This document shows positions 43,376 through 54,868 of a stretch of 64,000 nucleotides of DNA, one piece after another. A program made the translations under genes and the position numbers. Position 1 is the stretch's first letter; each line of letters opens with the position of its first letter. The notes under the pieces are model-generated. The model had not been told where the DNA came from, made no database searches, and saw only the letters and a program-made list of their open reading frames with translations. Source of the DNA: an uncultured Pseudomonadota bacterium (lineage in GTDB: Bacteria; Pseudomonadota; Gammaproteobacteria; CAJXQU01); the NCBI GenBank assembly GCA_913058255.1, contig CAJXQU010000004.1:95302-159301 (forward strand). Direction: 5' to 3'.

Positions 43376-43816
43376 GTGATGAGAGAGACCTTTACCAAGG
43401 GTATGGCTCGAAATATTTACTACGGAGGAGGTGTGTTTTTCTTCCTAGTGCTTATTGGATTAACGGTTGATACCGTTAAAGGCCTACCTGCTACCGATAA
43501 TTCAGAAAATATAACTGAACAAGTCGCAGCTGGAAAACGATTGTGGGAAATCAATGATTGTATTGGCTGCCATTCTTTGCTTGGTGAGGGCGCATATTTT
43601 GCACCAGAACTGGGTAATGTCTACACCCGCTTTGGCGAGAGTACTGAAGCTATCAAGGCATTTATTAAGTATCGTCCAGTAGATGGTGTTAAAGGACGAC
43701 GCAGTATGCCTCAATTCAACCTTACTGATGAAGAGTTGGAAGAGATCGCACAGTTCTTAAAGTATGTTGATGGCATTAAAACAGCCAGAAACTGGCCACC
43801 AAACATCCAAGGTTAA
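43376..43816 (+). CDS. norC: Nitric oxide reductase cytochrome c subunit NorC
   Basis: 146 aa; an N-terminal TM anchor and a single CIGCH heme motif. Followed directly by norB. Confidence 0.9.
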   Translation: MMRETFTKGMARNIYYGGGVFFFLVLIGLTVDTVKGLPATDNSENITEQVAAGKRLWEINDCIGCHSLLGEGAYFAPELGNVYTRFGESTEAIKAFIKYRPVDGVKGRRSMPQFNLTDEELEEIAQFLKYVDGIKTARNWPPNIQG

Positions 43817-43823
43817 GGGGTAG

Positions 43824-45212
<1,389 letters not shown>

Positions 45213-45279
45213 GTTTGATAATTCTGAAGTACAAAATACCGCTGTGAAAAGCGGTATGTTTATTTTTTGAGGAAGGAAA

Positions 45280-45645
45280 TTGAAACCTGATGAAATACAG
45301 TTAAAGCAAGCATCGCGAGCGACGTTATACTCACTACTAAACCTGACAATGCTACCCATTGTTGGTTTTATTTCACTCTGCCTTCTTTACAGAAAAACAA
45401 CCTCGAATACGATTGATCGTTATTATGTATTATTAGGCATAAAAACAAATTTATATGCCGCTGCTGCACTATTTTTGGTGACGGCATTAATGATCTTTAT
45501 GGGAGGTTTTGAGTCACCTTGGACTTGGGTCTATGTGATTTCTTACTTTGTTTTTGTGCATGCTTTATTTATTTTGTTTGCCACCTGGTCGATGGTGCGT
45601 TCATGGACAGGTGAAAAGCTAAAGCGTAGCTTTTTATCAAAATGA
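45280..45645 (+). CDS. Small 4-TM membrane protein (module protein X1; paralog of 47860-48249)
   Basis: 121 aa; shares an RKTTSNTI / EKTTSINK block and the same topology with the ORF that follows norQ. Confidence 0.55.
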   Translation: MKPDEIQLKQASRATLYSLLNLTMLPIVGFISLCLLYRKTTSNTIDRYYVLLGIKTNLYAAAALFLVTALMIFMGGFESPWTWVYVISYFVFVHALFILFATWSMVRSWTGEKLKRSFLSK

Positions 45646-45712
45646 TTTGGTGCGTATCAACACCTAGCGTTGATCAGAATATAAAAAAAAGATCGTTATT
45701 ATTAATGAGTCT

Positions 45713-46296
45713 ATGGGATCGATTATTACACCTGAGCAAGAACCTAAGCTGCTACCTGGTGACTTAGCCATCTGGTTGTTTATTTTTATGGAGGTTTTGG
45801 TCTTTGGCATTTTTTTATTGTTTATGCCATCACACGTTTGCAGAATGTAGAGATGTTCAATCAATACCAGTTAATGCTTAATCGCGAGTTAGGTACAGTG
45901 AACACCTTGTTACTGATCAGCTCTAGTTATTTTGTTGTTCGTAGTATTCATGCGATTAGAAAAGACAATGTAAAGAGCTGTATCAATTGGTTATATGCTG
46001 CACTGGCAGGTGGTGCTGGTTTTTTGAGCATAAAATCAATGGAGTACTCCGATAAATTTTATGCTGGAGTTACTCTCGATACAAATACCTTTTATATGTT
46101 TTATTTATCGTTGACGGTATTTCACTTTTTACACGTGGTTATCGGTATGTTGATCTTGTTTGGGGTGATAATAAAAGCTAAGAAAGGTTCATACAGTGCT
46201 GACAATCATATCGGCATAGAAACAGGCGCTTCCTACTGGCATATGGTTGACTTGGTGTGGATTATTTTATTCCCATTAGTCTATATCATTCGATGA
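45713..46296 (+). CDS. norE: NorE-like protein (cytochrome oxidase subunit III family), copy 1; reading frame interrupted at a T7 run
   Basis: Frame 2 (45713-45850) encodes MGSIITPEQEPKLLPGDLAIWLFIFMEVLVFGIF..., colinear with the paralog at 48255. Frame 1, from about 45811 to 46296, encodes ...FFIVYAITRLQNVEMFNQYQLMLNRELGTVNTLLLISSSYFVVRS...WHMVDLVWIILFPLVYIIR. The frame switch is at the T7 run 45810-45816. Confidence 0.6.
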
Positions 46297-46553
46297 AAGT
46301 CTATTACAACATTCATATGATCTGGTTTGTCATGTTGATTTTAACATTGCTGAGTTATTCGATCGGTGAATCGAATTCTAGTGGAACCGTTGCAGCCATT
46401 TTTTTGTTAATAACAGCATTGACAAAAGGCTATTTTCTTATCAATGATTTTATGGAGTTGAGAGACGTTTCATTCTTGTGGCGTGCCATTATGTTTGGCT
46501 GGCTTTGGTGTGTCTCACTTAGCCTTATAGGTATTTACATTTTTAGCGTTTGA
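46293..46553 (+). CDS. norF: NorF-like small membrane protein, copy 1
   Basis: 2-TM protein of about 86 aa with a shared FMEL motif with the paralog at 48876. Its ATG overlaps the norE stop (ATGA coupling). Confidence 0.55.
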   Translation: MKVYYNIHMIWFVMLILTLLSYSIGESNSSGTVAAIFLLITALTKGYFLINDFMELRDVSFLWRAIMFGWLWCVSLSLIGIYIFSV

Positions 46554-46568
46554 GAAGAGGAGGTTTAA

Positions 46569-47024
46569 ATGACCTTAGAAAAAATAGTTTTAGAGACAAG
46601 TACTATTCCTCGAGTAGATCTGGATTTTATGAACCATACACATTTTGAAGAAGTTGAAATGGTCGAACAAGTTGGGCAGCTAGTGAAGGCTTTTCAAGAT
46701 GGTACAACACACTCAGAAAAGCAGCTGGCAGATATAACGGCGGCACTGGAAGACTGGGTGCAACATACTCAAGAACATTTCAAGCGAGAAAATACCCTGA
46801 TGCTCGACACAGGCTTTCCTGCCTATCCAACACATTCCGGGGAGCATGAAAAAGTGATGGTGGAAATGCAAGCTGTTGCCAATCATTGGAAAGAAAATTC
46901 AGATATCGATACATTGGCTGAATATGTGTTTAGTCTTTGGCCCGAATGGTTTAACGCCCATGTTAATTCCATGGATATGATGACTGCAAAATTTGCGATG
47001 ATGCAGGGCTATAGTGCAGAGTAA
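46569..47024 (+). CDS. Hemerythrin-like metal-binding protein
   Basis: 151 aa with His/Glu/Asp spacing typical of the bacteriohemerythrin HHE domain (MNHTHFEE, HTQEHFKREN, HSGEHEKV, HVNSMD). Confidence 0.6.
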   Translation: MTLEKIVLETSTIPRVDLDFMNHTHFEEVEMVEQVGQLVKAFQDGTTHSEKQLADITAALEDWVQHTQEHFKRENTLMLDTGFPAYPTHSGEHEKVMVEMQAVANHWKENSDIDTLAEYVFSLWPEWFNAHVNSMDMMTAKFAMMQGYSAE

Positions 47025-47068
47025 AGTCCTCTTTCAATCGGATAAATCTTGTCGAAAAAGGAAACTAA

Positions 47069-47860
47069 ATGAAGAATAAAAAAGAGCTGCCATTCTATCA
47101 AGCCCAGCACAATGAAATTGAATTGTTTGAGCATGCCTATAGCAATCAATTACCACTATTGATTAAGGGACCAACAGGTTGTGGTAAGACCCGGTTTATT
47201 GAACATATGGCTACAAAGTTAGATCGGTCTTTATACACAATTGCCTGTCATGATGACCTGACAGCGGCTGATCTAATCGGGCGGCATTTAATTGGTGATG
47301 GCGAAACCTACTGGCACGATGGACCATTAAGTAAAGCCGTACGCGAAGGTGCTATTTGTTATTTGGATGAAGTCGTCGAAGCGCGTAAAGACACCACCGT
47401 GGTTTTACATCCGCTATCTGATGACCGTCGAGCTTTGCCGATAGAAAGAACGGGGGAGGTATTAAAAGCGCCGCCAGAATTCATGTTGGTCGTTTCATAT
47501 AATCCGGGTTATCAAAACTTGCTTAAAGGTATGAAGCCTTCAACACGCCAGCGTTTTCTTTCCATGCGTTTTGATTATCCGGATATAGAAACAGAAAATA
47601 AAATTGTGCAAACAGAAACAGGGATTGATCAAGCAACCTCTATAAATTTAATCGAACTCGTTCACGCGTTACGGGTTTTGAAAGATCATGATCTTGAAGA
47701 ATCTGCTTCGACACGACTGTTAGTTTATGCAGCGACATTGATCAAATCAGGATTTGATCCTTTAGAAGCATGTCGTGCAGCGATTGTTGAACCGTTGACT
47801 GATGACGAAGAAACCGTGATGGCATTAATGGAAGTCGTGCGGGCAAAAATGGGTGACTAA
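47069..47860 (+). CDS. norQ: NorQ (CbbQ/NirQ/MoxR-type AAA+ ATPase)
   Basis: 263 aa with Walker A LIKGPTGCGKT and a Walker B hhhhDE region. Typical of norQ in nor clusters. Confidence 0.9.
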   Translation: MKNKKELPFYQAQHNEIELFEHAYSNQLPLLIKGPTGCGKTRFIEHMATKLDRSLYTIACHDDLTAADLIGRHLIGDGETYWHDGPLSKAVREGAICYLDEVVEARKDTTVVLHPLSDDRRALPIERTGEVLKAPPEFMLVVSYNPGYQNLLKGMKPSTRQRFLSMRFDYPDIETENKIVQTETGIDQATSINLIELVHALRVLKDHDLEESASTRLLVYAATLIKSGFDPLEACRAAIVEPLTDDEETVMALMEVVRAKMGD

Positions 47861-48249
47861 TGAATGAGCTAAGTAGCAATGAAGATTACACGGGAGCTTT
47901 TGCGGAAGCATTCTTTATCGGCAACCTTTTGTTTATCGGTTTTTTTTATATAGCACTTTGGGGATTGTATCTTTCAGCTTATGAAAAAACCACATCGATC
48001 AATAAAAAGCATTTACAGCAAACCTTAGCCGCTAGTTCTGTTACTACATTGATCGTTATTTTATTAAATATTTTTATTATTCTGACTAGTGGATATGCTT
48101 CTGCAACGGCTTTGATTGTGGCTGAGGTTTATTTGATGGTGCTCGTTCCCATTTTTTTATTTTTAGGGATCTGGGGTTTTGTAAAGGCTATTAATCATCA
48201 GGATTACAGTTACCCTTTGATAAGTAAGTATGTTGATTTCAAAGGGTAA
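47860..48249 (+). CDS. Small 4-TM membrane protein (module protein X2)
   Basis: 129 aa; paralog of 45280-45645. Its start overlaps the norQ stop. Confidence 0.55.
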   Translation: MNELSSNEDYTGAFAEAFFIGNLLFIGFFYIALWGLYLSAYEKTTSINKKHLQQTLAASSVTTLIVILLNIFIILTSGYASATALIVAEVYLMVLVPIFLFLGIWGFVKAINHQDYSYPLISKYVDFKG

Positions 48250-48254
48250 TTGGA

Positions 48255-48866
48255 ATGAGCACTGTCTTCGATAATAATACTTCAATAAAGATGAGGATAG
48301 AGTTTCCCAAAACGAAATTAATTCCAGGCAGCATGGCTATCTGGGCCGCGATTCTTTCAGAGATGACTGAGTTCGCACTTATGTTTATCGTTTATTTTTT
48401 AGCCAAAGTGCATAACCCAGAGATATTCTACGAAGGACCAACCAAGCTAAATACCTCCGCTGGTACGGTTAACACGCTGATTATGCTGACCAGTAGTTAT
48501 TTTGTAGTGCGAGCAGTGATGGCAATACGAGAAAATAATTCTACTTCGAGTGCCCGCTGGTTATGGGGTGCCGTCATCTGTGGTGGGCTCTACTTAGTTA
48601 TTAAATATTTTGAATATCAGTGGAATATTGCACAAGGTTTAGATACACACAAAAATATTTTCTATGGCGTTTATTACTATGTGACCTTCAATCATTTCTT
48701 ACATGTTGGTTGGGGGACGGCTGGACTAGTTTGGGTTATCTATCGGCTTAATACAGGTGTCTATACAAAAGATGAACATGAAGGACTGATCAATATGGCT
48801 TTGTATTGGCATATGATTGATCTCGCATGGATTACTATTTTCCCATTACTTTATGTGATTCGGTGA
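48255..48866 (+). CDS. norE: NorE-like protein (CoxIII family), copy 2 (intact)
   Basis: 203 aa, 5 TM segments, conserved ...NTLIMLTSSYFVVRA... and ...WHMIDLAWITIFPLLYVIR. Confidence 0.8.
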   Translation: MSTVFDNNTSIKMRIEFPKTKLIPGSMAIWAAILSEMTEFALMFIVYFLAKVHNPEIFYEGPTKLNTSAGTVNTLIMLTSSYFVVRAVMAIRENNSTSSARWLWGAVICGGLYLVIKYFEYQWNIAQGLDTHKNIFYGVYYYVTFNHFLHVGWGTAGLVWVIYRLNTGVYTKDEHEGLINMALYWHMIDLAWITIFPLLYVIR

Positions 48867-48875
48867 GCTAGAACA

Positions 48876-49169
48876 ATGTGTTTAAATAAGCTTCAAATAA
48901 TCGATTATTTATGGCTATTACTTATAACCTTAACCTTGTTTAGTGCCTATATGGCAGAGCGATCAACTCCCGAACTTATGAGCGTTCTCATTATGGCGGC
49001 TGTGCTGGCAATTAAAGGCAGGATTATTGTTGATCATTTTATGGAGCTGAAACACTCTCACAGGTTACTGCGTCGATTAATGCAAACGTATTTTTATGTA
49101 ATACCAGCATTAATATTGCTTGTTTATTTGTTTCCCGAAAAAATTGCTAAATGGACTAGTTTGTCATAA
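48876..49169 (+). CDS. norF: NorF-like small membrane protein, copy 2
   Basis: 97 aa, 2 TM segments, with the FMEL motif. Confidence 0.55.
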   Translation: MCLNKLQIIDYLWLLLITLTLFSAYMAERSTPELMSVLIMAAVLAIKGRIIVDHFMELKHSHRLLRRLMQTYFYVIPALILLVYLFPEKIAKWTSLS

Positions 49170-49188
49170 CAAACAATAAAGGAAAATA

Positions 49189-49392
49189 ATGCATAAATGT
49201 ATTTGTAAACATTGTAGTCACCGCGTTGTTGCTGAAGATATCCGTTGCGCCGGTTGTGGAATTCCTTTGCCACCAAGCCATGCAAAATCTTCACATAAAA
49301 AATTTGTAATATTTTTTATTGGCATCGTTATTTTTTGTGTTTTCATGATAATTTGGTTACCTCCAAGTTGGTCATCATTTTTAGACAAATAA
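49189..49392 (+). CDS. Zinc-ribbon (CxxC...CxxC) single-TM mini-protein
   Basis: 67 aa; MHKCICKHCSHRVVAEDIRCAGCGIPL followed by a hydrophobic helix. It is tightly packed between norF2 and norD, with 5-nt gaps. Confidence 0.4.
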   Translation: MHKCICKHCSHRVVAEDIRCAGCGIPLPPSHAKSSHKKFVIFFIGIVIFCVFMIIWLPPSWSSFLDK

Positions 49393-49396
49393 TGAC

Positions 49397-51232
49397 ATGT
49401 TAGAAGAAATTGTAGGCTCAACATGGCATCGTTTTATTACCCAACGAGCTGAGAAACACTATCCTGAAGCGATTGTGCATTTAGGTGATGTACGTAAAAC
49501 TTCTGGCATTTTCTTTCGTGCCTTGGGTGGTGAAAGTGGTTTACGAGTTGAGAGTTCTACCGACTCGGATGTTTATGCACAGCGATCAATTCTAGAAAAA
49601 ATTGCTGGCATTGGGGGAAAAACTCAATATACATGGCGTGATGAAGAAACATTAAGGTTACCGGAATCGATTGCACTGTTTCCTAAGCGACAATTAAATA
49701 TTGATCTGTATTTATGGCTGATTGCTTTGTCGGTAACTGATGCTGACGGCAATGATTGGATTAGTCGAAATCAGTCTAGAACGTTAAAAATATTAGAAGC
49801 TTGGCCAGGATTAAGGAGGCGTTATGAAGTCTTGATGACAGCACATCTAGTGCAAAGACCAGAACCTAACAGTTTATCTAAAGATGAAGCCAAACAAGAA
49901 TTGGTCATCCGTGCTGCGCTACTCGAGCCCGAGTTATTAGTGAGTTTAGAGTACGCTAAACGACCTCCGACCCCTGTGCCTCTATGGCTACATCCAGCGC
50001 CACCACCTCTAGAATTTGTACAGAAAAAATCGTTGTCAGATCCTGATCAGCCAGATCAAGCTGAATCTAAAAATAACTCATCCAATCAACAGAAACGTAA
50101 ACAGGGCGACCGAACCGATATGCCAGACGGTAACGATGGCTTGATGAGCTTTCGTTTGGAAAGCTTATGGAGTTGGGGGGAGTACAGCAAGGTTGATCGA
50201 ACTAGTAGTGAAGATGACGATGATGATGTCATGCAAACAGCGGATGATATGGATACTATATCTGTCGCTCAAGATAGTGAGACCACCACAAGTAAAATTA
50301 AATTAGATATTGATCTGCCCGCTAGTGAATATGATGACATAATTTTAGGTGAAGGTATTTCTATCGATGAGTGGGACTATAAAAAACAAATTTTACAAAA
50401 GGATCACTGTCGAATTATTCCGATGGTCTCGCGTAATGTGGATGATATTGAATTGCCTACAAAACTACAGGCGCAGGCACGAAAAATACGTCGTCAATTT
50501 GAAATAATACGTCCACAAAGACATTGGCTAAGTCGACAGTCTGAAGGTATGGAGTTAGATTTGGAAAGTTATATTAATTTTATAACTGATCGAAAACATG
50601 GGTATGTTCAAAGTGATACTCCTGTTTATCGAGATTTACGTAACCAAACACGTGATTTGTCTTGTTTGTTATTGGCGGATCTTTCTTTATCGACAGATGC
50701 ACATATTAGCAATACGAAGCGTGTTATCGATGTTATTCGTGAGTCTTTATATCTTTTTTCTGAAGCCCTGAGTGTTACCGGTGATCGGTTTGCCTTACAT
50801 GGTTTTTCTTCGAGAAATAGAAATCATGTTCGTTTTTACGACATAAAAAGTTTTGATGATGACTATAATAATAGAACACATGGTCATATAAATGCAGTTA
50901 AGCCGGGTTATTACACACGTATGGGTACTGCTATTCGGTACGCATCTCAATTATTAGAAAAAGAAGATTCTAGTCAAAAATTATTACTGATACTAACAGA
51001 TGGAAAGCCAAACGATCTGGATAAGTACGAAGGTCGATATGGTCTAGAAGACACACGGCAAGCGATACTTGAAGCTGAAAAGAAAGGTTTGCAGCCATTC
51101 TGTGTCACGATCGATGAAAAATCTGAAGATTATTTAGCTCATTTGTTTGGAAAAAACTCGTTTGTACTGATCAAAAACACAGAAGAATTGCCCACCAAAT
51201 TACCCTTGCTCTACCTTCGTTTGACTTACTGA
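49397..51232 (+). CDS. norD: NorD (nitric oxide reductase activation protein; C-terminal VWA domain)
   Basis: 611 aa; C-terminal von Willebrand A domain with MIDAS DLSLSTD. The gene order norQ...norD is typical. Confidence 0.9.
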   Translation: MLEEIVGSTWHRFITQRAEKHYPEAIVHLGDVRKTSGIFFRALGGESGLRVESSTDSDVYAQRSILEKIAGIGGKTQYTWRDEETLRLPESIALFPKRQLNIDLYLWLIALSVTDADGNDWISRNQSRTLKILEAWPGLRRRYEVLMTAHLVQRPEPNSLSKDEAKQELVIRAALLEPELLVSLEYAKRPPTPVPLWLHPAPPPLEFVQKKSLSDPDQPDQAESKNNSSNQQKRKQGDRTDMPDGNDGLMSFRLESLWSWGEYSKVDRTSSEDDDDDVMQTADDMDTISVAQDSETTTSKIKLDIDLPASEYDDIILGEGISIDEWDYKKQILQKDHCRIIPMVSRNVDDIELPTKLQAQARKIRRQFEIIRPQRHWLSRQSEGMELDLESYINFITDRKHGYVQSDTPVYRDLRNQTRDLSCLLLADLSLSTDAHISNTKRVIDVIRESLYLFSEALSVTGDRFALHGFSSRNRNHVRFYDIKSFDDDYNNRTHGHINAVKPGYYTRMGTAIRYASQLLEKEDSSQKLLLILTDGKPNDLDKYEGRYGLEDTRQAILEAEKKGLQPFCVTIDEKSEDYLAHLFGKNSFVLIKNTEELPTKLPLLYLRLTY

Positions 51233-51272
51233 TATTGTTTTTATTAATTGTCATGAAAAACAAATTTTAAGA

Positions 51273-51286
51273 TTTGATTTAGATCA
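51273..51286 (+). promoter_or_regulatory. Perfect FNR/Dnr box TTGATTTAGATCAA upstream of nirK
   Basis: An exact match to TTGAT-N4-ATCAA, centred 83 bp upstream of the proposed GTG start. Confidence 0.65.
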
Positions 51287-51361
51287 ATGTTTTGGACAAA
51301 TTGTCGCAGCATACTTCTCCTGAAGTTATCGTTTAATGTTATAAATAACGGAGAAAGTATA

Positions 51362-52492
51362 GTGAACCAATTGTATAAAAAGATAAGTCTGGGAGCTGTG
51401 ATGGCAACATCTTTAATGGCATTGACGGCCTCATCTTCTGCTGAAGAGACGATAGATATCAGCAACATTTCAATTTCAAGTGAGGCTAAAATTGAAGGAT
51501 TAGAACGAGTTACTCAAACATTAGTTGCACCACCATATTTACCCGAACATAATCAGATTTCTGTAGGCGCACCAAAAATTGTCGAAATAACGATGGTGAT
51601 CGAAGAGAAAGAGTTGGAAATTGCTTCGGGTGTTTTTGCCCAAGCTATGACTTTTGAAGGTACAAACCCAGGACCAATGATCGTCGTCCATCAAGACGAC
51701 TATGTGGAGTTGACGTTGGTCAACCCTAAAACAAATAGCATGTTACATAATATAGATTTTCATGCTTCAACAGGTGCACTAGGTGGCGGTGGGTTAACGA
51801 ATGTAGCGCCGGGCCAACAAGTAAAACTACGTTTCAAAGCAACTAAGCCTGGTGTGTTTGTTTATCATTGCGCTCCTGGAGGCGCTATGATTCCATACCA
51901 TGTTGTCACGGGTATGAATGGCGCGATAATGATTCTTCCTCGCGAAGGTTTGAAAGATGATGCAGGTAAATCAGTATCATATGACAAAGCTTACTACATA
52001 GGCGAGCAGGATTGGTACATTCCTCAAGATGCTGATGGTAAATTCAAACGGTATGACTCTCCAGCAGCAGCAATGGGTGAAACTATGGAGATCATGAAAA
52101 ACCTGACTCCAACACACCTTACTTTCAATGGTAAAGTTGGTGCTCTAACCGGTGATAAAGCGATGAAAGCCAAGGTTGGTGAAACTGTTTTATTTATCCA
52201 CTCTCAAGCTAATCGTGATTCTCGCGTACATTTGATCGGCGGTCATGGTGATCTAGTATGGCATGGTGGCTCGTTTAATGATGCCCCTGCTACTAACCTT
52301 GAAACATGGGCTGTTGCTGGCGGTGAAGCGACTGCTGCTTTATATACTTTCCTACAACCTGGACTCTATGCTTATGTAAACCATAACCTGATAGAAGCTA
52401 TCTTACTCGGTGCGGCAGGACATGTTTCAGTTGAAGGTGAATGGAATAATGACTTAATGGAGCAGGTTGAAAAACCTGGAGAAATTAAGTAA
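51362..52492 (+). CDS. nirK: Copper-containing nitrite reductase NirK
   Basis: Cupredoxin domains with type 1 and type 2 Cu ligands ([18 protein letters not shown], the YHCAP...M region). GTG at 51362 is preceded by GGAG and gives the signal peptide [27 protein letters not shown]. The track ORF starts at 51287. Confidence 0.9.
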   Translation: MNQLYKKISLGAVMATSLMALTASSSAEETIDISNISISSEAKIEGLERVTQTLVAPPYLPEHNQISVGAPKIVEITMVIEEKELEIASGVFAQAMTFEGTNPGPMIVVHQDDYVELTLVNPKTNSMLHNIDFHASTGALGGGGLTNVAPGQQVKLRFKATKPGVFVYHCAPGGAMIPYHVVTGMNGAIMILPREGLKDDAGKSVSYDKAYYIGEQDWYIPQDADGKFKRYDSPAAAMGETMEIMKNLTPTHLTFNGKVGALTGDKAMKAKVGETVLFIHSQANRDSRVHLIGGHGDLVWHGGSFNDAPATNLETWAVAGGEATAALYTFLQPGLYAYVNHNLIEAILLGAAGHVSVEGEWNNDLMEQVEKPGEIK

Positions 52493-52553
52493 TTTCTAGA
52501 GCAATTTTTCTAGTAGGTATTCTTGATTGTGAATGCTTACTAGACTTCTAATT

Positions 52554-53444
52554 ATGAAAACTTCAACTCTAAAATATGTATTCATATTACTTATCAGTTT
52601 GGTAAGTATCGAAGTATTTTCAGAGAATAGGATACCTGTTAAAGAACATCCTTCATCACTGAATAGTATGGTGGCACAGTTGATGGGTTGGTATGGAAGA
52701 TTGCTTCCAGCAGAGCGCAATATTTTTTTTAATCAGATAGACAAAGAATTTAAAGACTCTCTAAAACAATATCCTCATGATATTGAGCATTTAAAAATAA
52801 TCAGCTCCCAACTGGTTAACTCATCTAAAAAAGGATTATTGCAATTTAATGTAACAATCAATATAAAATCAAAAAAACCAGCGGGATCTATTTGGATGAC
52901 CATAAAAGAGCAATTTTTATTTAATGAAAAAAAAGATGGATCGATAGTGTTAGAGAAAATTATTTTAAAAGGAAAGCTTACGGAAGAAGAAAGAGAATTG
53001 AGTGAAAATACTAATCGAATGTATTTTAAATCAAGAGAATTTGCCTATTCATGGCTTGCATACATGGATGGGTTTGGTTCTGTTAAGAAAACAATAAACT
53101 TAGAGAGTTGGATTGAAAGTTCAGTCTATAATGTTCAAATAGGTAGTAAACAAATCAATGGATCAGTAGCTTCATCCTTGAGGCAACGAAGCGTTTATTT
53201 ACACACGGGCCAACACACGCTTCGTTCCATTGATATCACTCAAGATGATGAGTCACAAAATACTTACGTATTAGATCTTACTATGGATTGGAAAGGTTTT
53301 AATGTTAAAACAGTACCTGTTATTGCAAAAATAAACCAAAAAATAAAAATAAAAATAAACAACGATGGAACGTGGTATGTCCTTTTTATAGAAGAGAAGC
53401 ATCTTATTCCAGATCTAACACCTTGGCAGAATTTGTTATGTTAA
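52554..53444 (+). CDS. Hypothetical periplasmic protein (signal peptide; no recognisable domain) between nirK and SCO1
   Basis: Signal peptide MKTSTLKYVFILLISLVSIEVFS; AT-rich codon usage. The track ORF starts at 52533. Confidence 0.5.
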   Translation: MKTSTLKYVFILLISLVSIEVFSENRIPVKEHPSSLNSMVAQLMGWYGRLLPAERNIFFNQIDKEFKDSLKQYPHDIEHLKIISSQLVNSSKKGLLQFNVTINIKSKKPAGSIWMTIKEQFLFNEKKDGSIVLEKIILKGKLTEEERELSENTNRMYFKSREFAYSWLAYMDGFGSVKKTINLESWIESSVYNVQIGSKQINGSVASSLRQRSVYLHTGQHTLRSIDITQDDESQNTYVLDLTMDWKGFNVKTVPVIAKINQKIKIKINNDGTWYVLFIEEKHLIPDLTPWQNLLC

Positions 53445-54070
53445 AAAAAATTGTTGCTTATATTTTATATACTTTCATCTCAATAAATATGGCCTATGCT
53501 GACACTGATGTTTTACCCATATTAAGTGGTGTTGGTGGTAATTTCAATGCGGTTGATAGCGATGGAAATATGGTCGAGTTCAACAGTTATTTTGGCAATG
53601 TCGTCGTCATTGCCTTTGGTTATACTAACTGTGCAGACATTTGTCCTTTTACATTAGGTTATTTAAAAAAACTATATGCTCAATTAAATGAAGAAGAGCA
53701 GGAACATGTTAAGATTTTATTTGTGACAGTCGACCCAGAATATGACACCCCAGCACACCTAAATGATTTTCTCAATTATTTTAATAAAGATTTTATAGGT
53801 ATATCAGGGACAAAAGAACAGACAGATCACATCGTCTCAATTTACCAAGCTCAATATAATGAACTCTCCAGAGAAGGAATGCCGACTCATAATATTCGGC
53901 GGATTAACACTAAATTACTTGAGAACGATGAAGAGGAAAAGGCAAAGTTGTTTAGTCACAGTGTCTCGATATATTTAGTGGATAAAGAGGGTTTTACTCG
54001 CAGCATAGAATTTACAGGAACTCCAAAAGATAAATTTGTGGAAAAAATTCAACAACTCATTAAAGAGTAA
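53438..54070 (+). CDS. SCO1/SenC-family thioredoxin-like copper chaperone
   Basis: The CADICPFTLGYL CxxxC motif sits in a thioredoxin fold, with VTVDPEYDTP and a downstream His. The start Met at 53438 overlaps the previous ORF's stop. The track ORF starts at 53372. Confidence 0.8.
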   Translation: MLKKIVAYILYTFISINMAYADTDVLPILSGVGGNFNAVDSDGNMVEFNSYFGNVVVIAFGYTNCADICPFTLGYLKKLYAQLNEEEQEHVKILFVTVDPEYDTPAHLNDFLNYFNKDFIGISGTKEQTDHIVSIYQAQYNELSREGMPTHNIRRINTKLLENDEEEKAKLFSHSVSIYLVDKEGFTRSIEFTGTPKDKFVEKIQQLIKE

Positions 54071-54079
54071 TAGCAAAAA

Positions 54080-54511
54080 ATGAAATTATTTAAATTGTGT
54101 CTCGTATTAGTTCTTATATCACTGAGTTTTATAAGCAATGCTGAGATTGTAACTGAAAACTTTCGGGTGATGATGGCTCCAAAGATAGCCAAAAACACGG
54201 CAGGCTATGGAGTAATAAAGAACACAGGAAGTGAAGCTGACACTCTGAATAGTGTATGTAGTGATACCGTAGATGTTATGTTTCACAAAACTGAAATTAG
54301 ATCAGGTATGGCAAAAATGGTTCACCTTTCAGACGTTGTCATCAAAGCGGGACAAGAGCTTGTGTTAGAAGCCATGTCATACCATCTAATGTTGTTTGAT
54401 TTTCATTCAGCAGAGTTTAAAGAAGGTGGGAAAATTACTTTCTTTTTGAATTTTAAAAAAGCGGGTGTAGTTAAAGTTGAAGCTTCTATCATTACTACAG
54501 ATAGCAGTTGA
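54080..54511 (+). CDS. PCu(A)C-type periplasmic copper chaperone (DUF461)
   Basis: Signal peptide plus the H-x-M ... M ... YHLML region. This aligns with the PCuAC consensus (...GGYHIMLIGLKKPLKAGDTVPLTLTFEKAGKVTV) as EAMSYHLMLFDFHSAEFKEGGKITFFLNFKKAGVVKV. Confidence 0.7.
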   Translation: MKLFKLCLVLVLISLSFISNAEIVTENFRVMMAPKIAKNTAGYGVIKNTGSEADTLNSVCSDTVDVMFHKTEIRSGMAKMVHLSDVVIKAGQELVLEAMSYHLMLFDFHSAEFKEGGKITFFLNFKKAGVVKVEASIITTDSS

Positions 54512-54868
54512 GCCTCATGATTATTTTTTAGCTTATAAGGTTCTGATTTATCATAGATTCGTTAGTTAAGAAGACCTCTCTTTAAATTATGGAGTAAATT
54601 ATTTTCTTCTGGATTTTTAGTTACCTATTCACAATCAAAGTTTATTGCTTCCTCTATGGCAATCAATTTATTTTTTGAACATGGTTGTACCCGGAGAATT
54701 AATTCAAAATGATAGACATAGATTTATTTAGAGACTTGAAACAATTGATAAATAGCGCGCTCTTAAATTAAGGGTGGGAATTAATTACTTCTATTTTTGA
54801 TATGGGAGTTAAAGCTGATATTAAGAAAAAATATTGGTGGGAAAGTAATATTAGCAATTTATAGTAAG

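Noticed and set aside
45705-45712. Alternative ATG at 45705 as the norE1 start
   Set aside because: It is in a different frame and hits a stop after 20 codons. ATG 45713 opens the frame that aligns with the paralog's N-terminus.
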